DNA of 64,000 bases from Schmidtea polychroa (taxonomy: Eukaryota). The stretch covers positions 5,892,001 through 5,956,000 of the forward strand of contig CM097885.1 in NCBI GenBank assembly GCA_044892525.1, written 5' to 3'. The notes beneath the pieces were generated by a model. That model was not told the origin of the DNA and did not search any database. It saw nothing but the letters and a program-made list of their open reading frames with translations. This document shows, in pieces, positions 58,896 to 64,000 of the stretch. Position 1 is the stretch's first letter, and the number at the start of each line of letters is the position of its first letter. The position numbers and the translations under genes were made by a program.

Positions 58896-61800
58896 TCCCC
58901 CCTTTTTGAAAACCTTTAACCACTCAATATTTCTCGTGACGGAACTTCCATTTTCCAATTTTATTTCATAACTTCGATCATGAATCTTTTTAGTAATCAC
59001 ACCTGGACCCATGTATCTGTTATCACCTTTATTTCGAACATTTACTTTGATCAATACGCAATCTCCAATTTGAAATTCGCGATTTGTCGCCTGATTGATT
59101 TTTTCTTCTTCCACAATCTCTGAGAACCATTCACTATAAATCTTTTTCCCAAACACCATTTCAGCTGGAGTCTTCCTAATAGTTTTTTGAAAAGTTGAAT
59201 TCAACATAAACTGAACTTCGGGAAGAATATCTACCCATGATTTATGTCTTTTATCTTTGAGTGTTATCTGTATTGCATCTCTAATTGTACGGAATTGTCT
59301 CTCAATCTGTCCATTTGCTGAGTGATGATATGGACTTGAATAATTAATTTCAATATTGTGGAATTCTGCAAAATCTTTCATTAGCTTTGATTCAAATGAT
59401 TTACCTCTGTCACAGTTTATTATCCTTGGTGCTCCAAACTTCATTATCCACTCTTCTTTCAGTAATCTTACCACTGTTTTTTCAGCTTGCGATTTCACTG
59501 CATGTAAAGAAATAAACTTACTATGATGATCTATAATCCCAAGGATATATCTTTCTCCTTTCATTGCAAGTTGTAATGGACCACAAAAATCTACATAAAT
59601 TGTTTCAAATAATTTCGAATCACTTTTGCAAATTATTTCTTCTTTTGTTTTAGTTGTATCAACCTTTCTTTTCTGACAGTTTTCACTGGATTGTACAACA
59701 TTACGAATAGATTGCTCCAAATCTTTCATATCAAAATTGTTTGATACATACATTTTTACTTTATTAGCACCCGCGTGACAGAGCTTTTTATGATATTCTA
59801 TGATGAATTCAGACTTGTTTTCTTCTGGAATCCAAATTTTATTATTATTTGTAATAATCACTCCGTTGACATATTTAAAAAATGTTTTATCTGGCATCAA
59901 ACTAATATTTTCTTTTATATTTTCAATTTCTTTCGAGTTCTTTTGCCATATATTTTCAATATTATCAGTCATCAGTGTCAACAATCTTGTTTTTAATTTA
60001 CCCATTTTAGGATTTTCATGAATCATTTGACATTGAACACATGTTTCACATTCTTTTCTAGATAAAGCGTCGGCATTATTGTGGTTATCACCTTTTCTGT
60101 ATTGAATCTCCATGTCCAGACCACTAAGATGGTTAATCCAAGTTTGAAATTGTGGGGTAATAGCTTTCTTTGTCTTCATCATAAATGTAATGGCTTTGTG
60201 ATCCGTCCTCAAAATAAACTTTTTACCATATAGATAATGCTTAAAATGACCAGTAAAATAAAATATAGATAGTAATTCCTTTCTTGTTATACAATAACCC
60301 AACTCGTGTTTATTCATAGCTCGGGATCCATATGCGATTATTCTTTCTTTACTTCCATCTTTTTGAGACAGAACAGCACCAATGCGGTCAAAACTTGCAT
60401 CTGTATCCAAAATGAATGGCTTAGAAAAATCTAGGAACTTCAATACAGGTGTTTAAATTTTGAAATGAAGTTTCACACTCATCAGTCCACATAAGCTTCT
60501 TTTGTTTACTTCCACATAACGCTTCTAATACTTTGGAATCTTTGGTGTAATTTTCTATAAATCTGCGATAGTAATTTGCCAAGCCTAAAAATCCTCTCAA
60601 ACTTTTTACGCATTTAGGTCTTTCAAAATTTTTAATAGTTTCAATCTTGCTTTCATCCGTACGTATTCCATCTTCACCAATGATATGACCCAAAAATTTA
60701 CTTCTTTCCTTTTGAATTGACATTTTGCTGGACTTATTTTAAGATTTGCTAATTTAATCTTTTGAAAAACCTTTTCAATGGTACTATAATGTTCATTCAA
60801 TGTCTTTGAAAATATAAGGATATCATCCAGATATACAATTGTTCCATTCCAATTTAATTCTCCAAGAACCAAATTCATAAGTCTTTGAAATGTTGCTGGT
60901 GCGGCTGCTATTCCAAATGGCATTCTGTTAAAGTAATATTGCTTGCTTTTTGTCAAAAATGCTGTTTTCAATTTTGATGCATCATTGAGTTCTACTTGAT
61001 AATAAGCATTGCCTAAATCAATTGTCGAGAAAAACTTTGCTCCGTCAAGAATATCTAATAATTCATCAGTATTTGGAATGGGAAAAATCGGTCTTTCGGT
61101 TATATTATTTAAAGCACGGTAGTCCAAGCATATTCTTATATCACTACTGTTTTTCTTTTTAACACATACTAATGGAGAATTTCAAGGAGATGTACATTCT
61201 GATATAATGCCATATTTCAACATTTCTTGAATATTTTCTTCAATTTTTTCTAATAAATGTATAGGTTGTCGTCTTGGGTTTATTACAATCGGACTACCTT
61301 TAGTAAGTATTTCATGCTTTAATAGTTCGGTTTTTCCAACATCCCATTTATGTTTCATAAAAATACCGTCAAACGTGGAAATTAAATTATTTATAATCTT
61401 ATCTTCACTTATGTGGTTATAAAATGAATTTTCCATAATTGTATTTATTTCGTCTGTACGGTTTACTATTTGCAATTGCATTCCAAATCTTTCGAGAAAA
61501 TCTATACCTCCTATTAACTTTGGGTTTATATCTTTGGCTACAACGAATTCTACTTTTTTAATATCAGAAATTTTATCAACTTTTACATTTAATAAAGTTT
61601 TACCGCAAATTTCAATCGGACTATCATTCGCACATCTTAATTTTAAATTACTTGTAGTCATATTCAAATTTCCAAGTTTTTTAAAAATATTATAATCAAT
61701 CACACTTATTTTAGCTCCAGTATCTAATAGGCATACTAATTTTACATTATTAATCATTACGGTAACACTGGGTCTTCCCTGCATTGTATCGTATACTATT

Positions 61801-62006
61801 ATATCATTCCGTTTATCACGATTAAGAACATTTAGTTCATTAGAAGTTAGGGGTGGATCTTTAAAAACTTCATCCATACAAAATTTATTAATGTATATAT
61901 TAATATAATTTCTATAATCAAAAATACCATCACAACAGTTATCATTCAAACTATCACAATCATTCAAACTATCACAATCATTCAAAATCATACAACCCTT
62001 ACTCAT
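58809..62006 (-). pseudogene. pol: pol of the gypsy element (one in-frame stop, two frameshifts)
   Basis: ORFs 61182-62006, 60606-61127, 60421-60723 and 58809-60443. TGA at 61182 falls where SPWNSP is expected. Confidence 0.9.
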
Positions 62007-62020
62007 ATCATTAATTACCT

Positions 62021-63047
62021 TTAATTTATTGCTCCGATCACCTCCTCGTGTGGTGGAGCATTCCCATTTGGGTACTCAAAATTAACCTCTGGATCCTCGT
62101 CACCGAATGCAGCCACTGATTTATGGAATTTTCGACGTCTGCCTGGAAATAACTCATGGCACTGATGTTTGAAATGTCCAGATCTTTTACAATGGGCACA
62201 TTGAATATTGGGGCATTCAGATCTTCTATGACCTTCTTCGTGGCATGCCCAACATCGCAAAATTTGATTTGTTCGGACATGATCTCGCAAATGAAACTCC
62301 CAGGTATTATAAGGCTTACTCCTATTCATAGGTTTCCATCCATTTGAAATAGCATATCGATGTTCTCTAGTAAGATCGCCTTTGAATCTTGGATTATGTT
62401 GAGGTTCTCTTGTATATTCATCTTTGAATCTGGGATTAGTTTCTCGTTCTCGAATTGATCTGTTATCATAATTATATCTTGGTAAGCTCTTCTTAACAGC
62501 ATCAGCATAGCGTTGTGTTTTATTCATTGAAGCTACATCAGCATGAAATACATTAATTTCTTTTGAAACTTGATCGTGTCTCTTTAATCTTTCTTTCATT
62601 TCATCAAATGATTTTAAATCTTGCATTTTGAGATCTTTTTTCAAGCGAATCTTCAAGCGAATTGAATAGCAAAAATTTTTTTAGTTCTTCTTCATCAAGT
62701 TTATGCTTCAAAATATTTTTTGCAAGTTTCTCAATTTTTGAGCAGAATTCTTCGGCAGCCTCATTTCCTTGATGATAATTTAGCGCTTCGTTGAGATCAT
62801 CGATAAGACTTCTGTTCTTAGAAAAAGCGTTTCTTAATCTTTCTGTATAATGCAGAGTTTCATTAGTCAACTCATATTTCTTCGTTGAATTGATTGATAG
62901 AAAAGCTTTGACGAATTTGCTTCTGTATTCATCGACAATATTTGTCATCTCGAAGAATCGTTCCGTTTCTAAGATAAAATCTTCCACGTCTGAATCCATG
63001 TCATATGTTTCTGGTGGCTTGATAAAATTTGCAATCGTGGTCGCCAT
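62021..63047 (-). pseudogene. gag: gag of the gypsy element (one frameshift near 62630-62660)
   Basis: MATTIANFIKPPETYD...ERFF..., then CWACHEEGHRRSEC and CAHCKRSGHFKHQC. Confidence 0.88.
62030..62072 (-). promoter_or_regulatory. Predicted -1 ribosomal frameshift signal (gag to pol)
   Basis: C CCA AAT heptamer in the gag frame, 5-nt spacer, then stem UGCUCC...GGAGCA. pol is in the -1 frame, which opens just upstream of the heptamer. Confidence 0.7.
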
Positions 63048-63258
63048 ATTAGCCACAGAGCTACGGGTATTAATAGAATCCATAACTAAAACACGTTTAT
63101 TATAAAAACACAAATATTATTAAAACAAATTATAACGTTAATTTGTTTGAGGAGTTTCTAAAAAATAATAATTAATGTATAAGTAAGGATTTTAGCATAC
63201 AATCAAACATGCACAACATCATACCATTATTTAAATACAAATTACAAAACGCCTCACA
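63047..63258 (-). repeat. 5' LTR
   Basis: Matches 58684-58895 at 210 of 212 positions. Followed directly by the PBS (63035-63046). Confidence 0.95.
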
Positions 63259-64000
63259 TATACATATTTTGATTTCAACTGTTCATGTCCAAAACGATTT
63301 TCATTGGTGAATAGTCTTCTGATAAATTTGATTTGACTTACTTGTTTTTGATTTGACCTACATAAAACTGAAAAAATAACAAATTTGATTTGAAATTTCG
63401 TGAAAATACCTAGAAAATCGTGAAAAATCATAAAATCCTAATAATAATGATGCTAATAATGCTGATAGGCGATAAACAAAGAGTGAAAAATAAAAAAGAA
63501 AAGATGATTTAGAGGGGGATTAAAATTCGTCTGAAAATGCAATGGAAAGAAACGACATATGAATAAAGGGATAAGGGAAAGACAGTGTAGTGATTTTACA
63601 GGTGTTTTGTTATTTTTATTAAAAACGTTTATTAAAAATTATTAAATTAAATTATTAAATAAACAGTAGTAAAACCGTTTGTTTTAATATTTAGTATATA
63701 GATAGCTTTTTGAATATAGCTGATTGTAAATTTATAATAAAATTTCTAAGAATTGTTCAATTTTTTTTATTATTCTGAATGGACCATTTAATAAATATAC
63801 ATTGAGTATATAGTTGCATATTTTGATTGTTACATTGACCTACCAGGCATTTTATCTACTTCTATTGGGAATTGTTGGATGCAACATTTGTAAATAAGCA
63901 ACGATAATATAATTCATTTAATGATCGGTCTAAGCTTATAGACATTTGTTATTATCGTATTATTGGCCTCATTGTGCGTCTGCTTCATTATTAAAGAAAC

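Larger units (their letters stand above)
58684..63258 (-). mobile_element. Complete Ty3/gypsy LTR retrotransposon (4575 bp) with disrupted gag/pol
   Basis: 212-bp LTRs at 63047-63258 and 58684-58895 (2 mismatches), PBS TGGCGACCACGA, PPT AAAAAGGGGGGA. Gag has two CCHC knuckles; pol order is PR (LLDTGA), RT (YLDD), RNase H (DTDAS, TDHK), IN (HxxxxH, YVD, CDRG, QIER). TACAT lies on both flanks (58679-58683 and 63261-63265). Confidence 0.95.

Overview
Very AT-rich eukaryotic DNA with short GT-AG introns (many 37-60 nt), long (AAT)n tracts and dense transposon debris. This is consistent with a planarian-type flatworm genome, which is an inference only. Confident genes: an intronless C-terminal-motor kinesin-14 (4897-7029 +), PHF14 (33386-42974 -) and fumarylacetoacetase FAH (51892-56580 +). 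Hand-built gene models: a secreted protein running off the left edge (1-610 -), a signal-peptide / multi-vWC-like / single-TM protein (13394-23311 -) and a possible micro-exon secreted-peptide gene (32030-32662 -). Mobile DNA includes a complete 4.6 kb Ty3/gypsy element with 212-bp LTRs (58684-63258 -) nested in an older gypsy relic. There are also further gypsy gag/pol relics, solo LTRs of a TGTTGGG...CCCAACA family with 4-bp TSDs, mariner/Tc1, hAT, Merlin-like and pogo-like MITEs, and Penelope-like GIY-YIG fragments. Most notable observations: the compact gypsy element (gag ATG overlapping the LTR/PBS junction, pol ending inside the 3' LTR, a -1 frameshift cassette); an unknown ORF family fused in frame to a gypsy pol in place of integrase; complementary microsatellites bracketing a frame-symmetric exon; and the micro-exon peptide candidate. 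No clearly new multi-gene system can be proven from the sequence alone.
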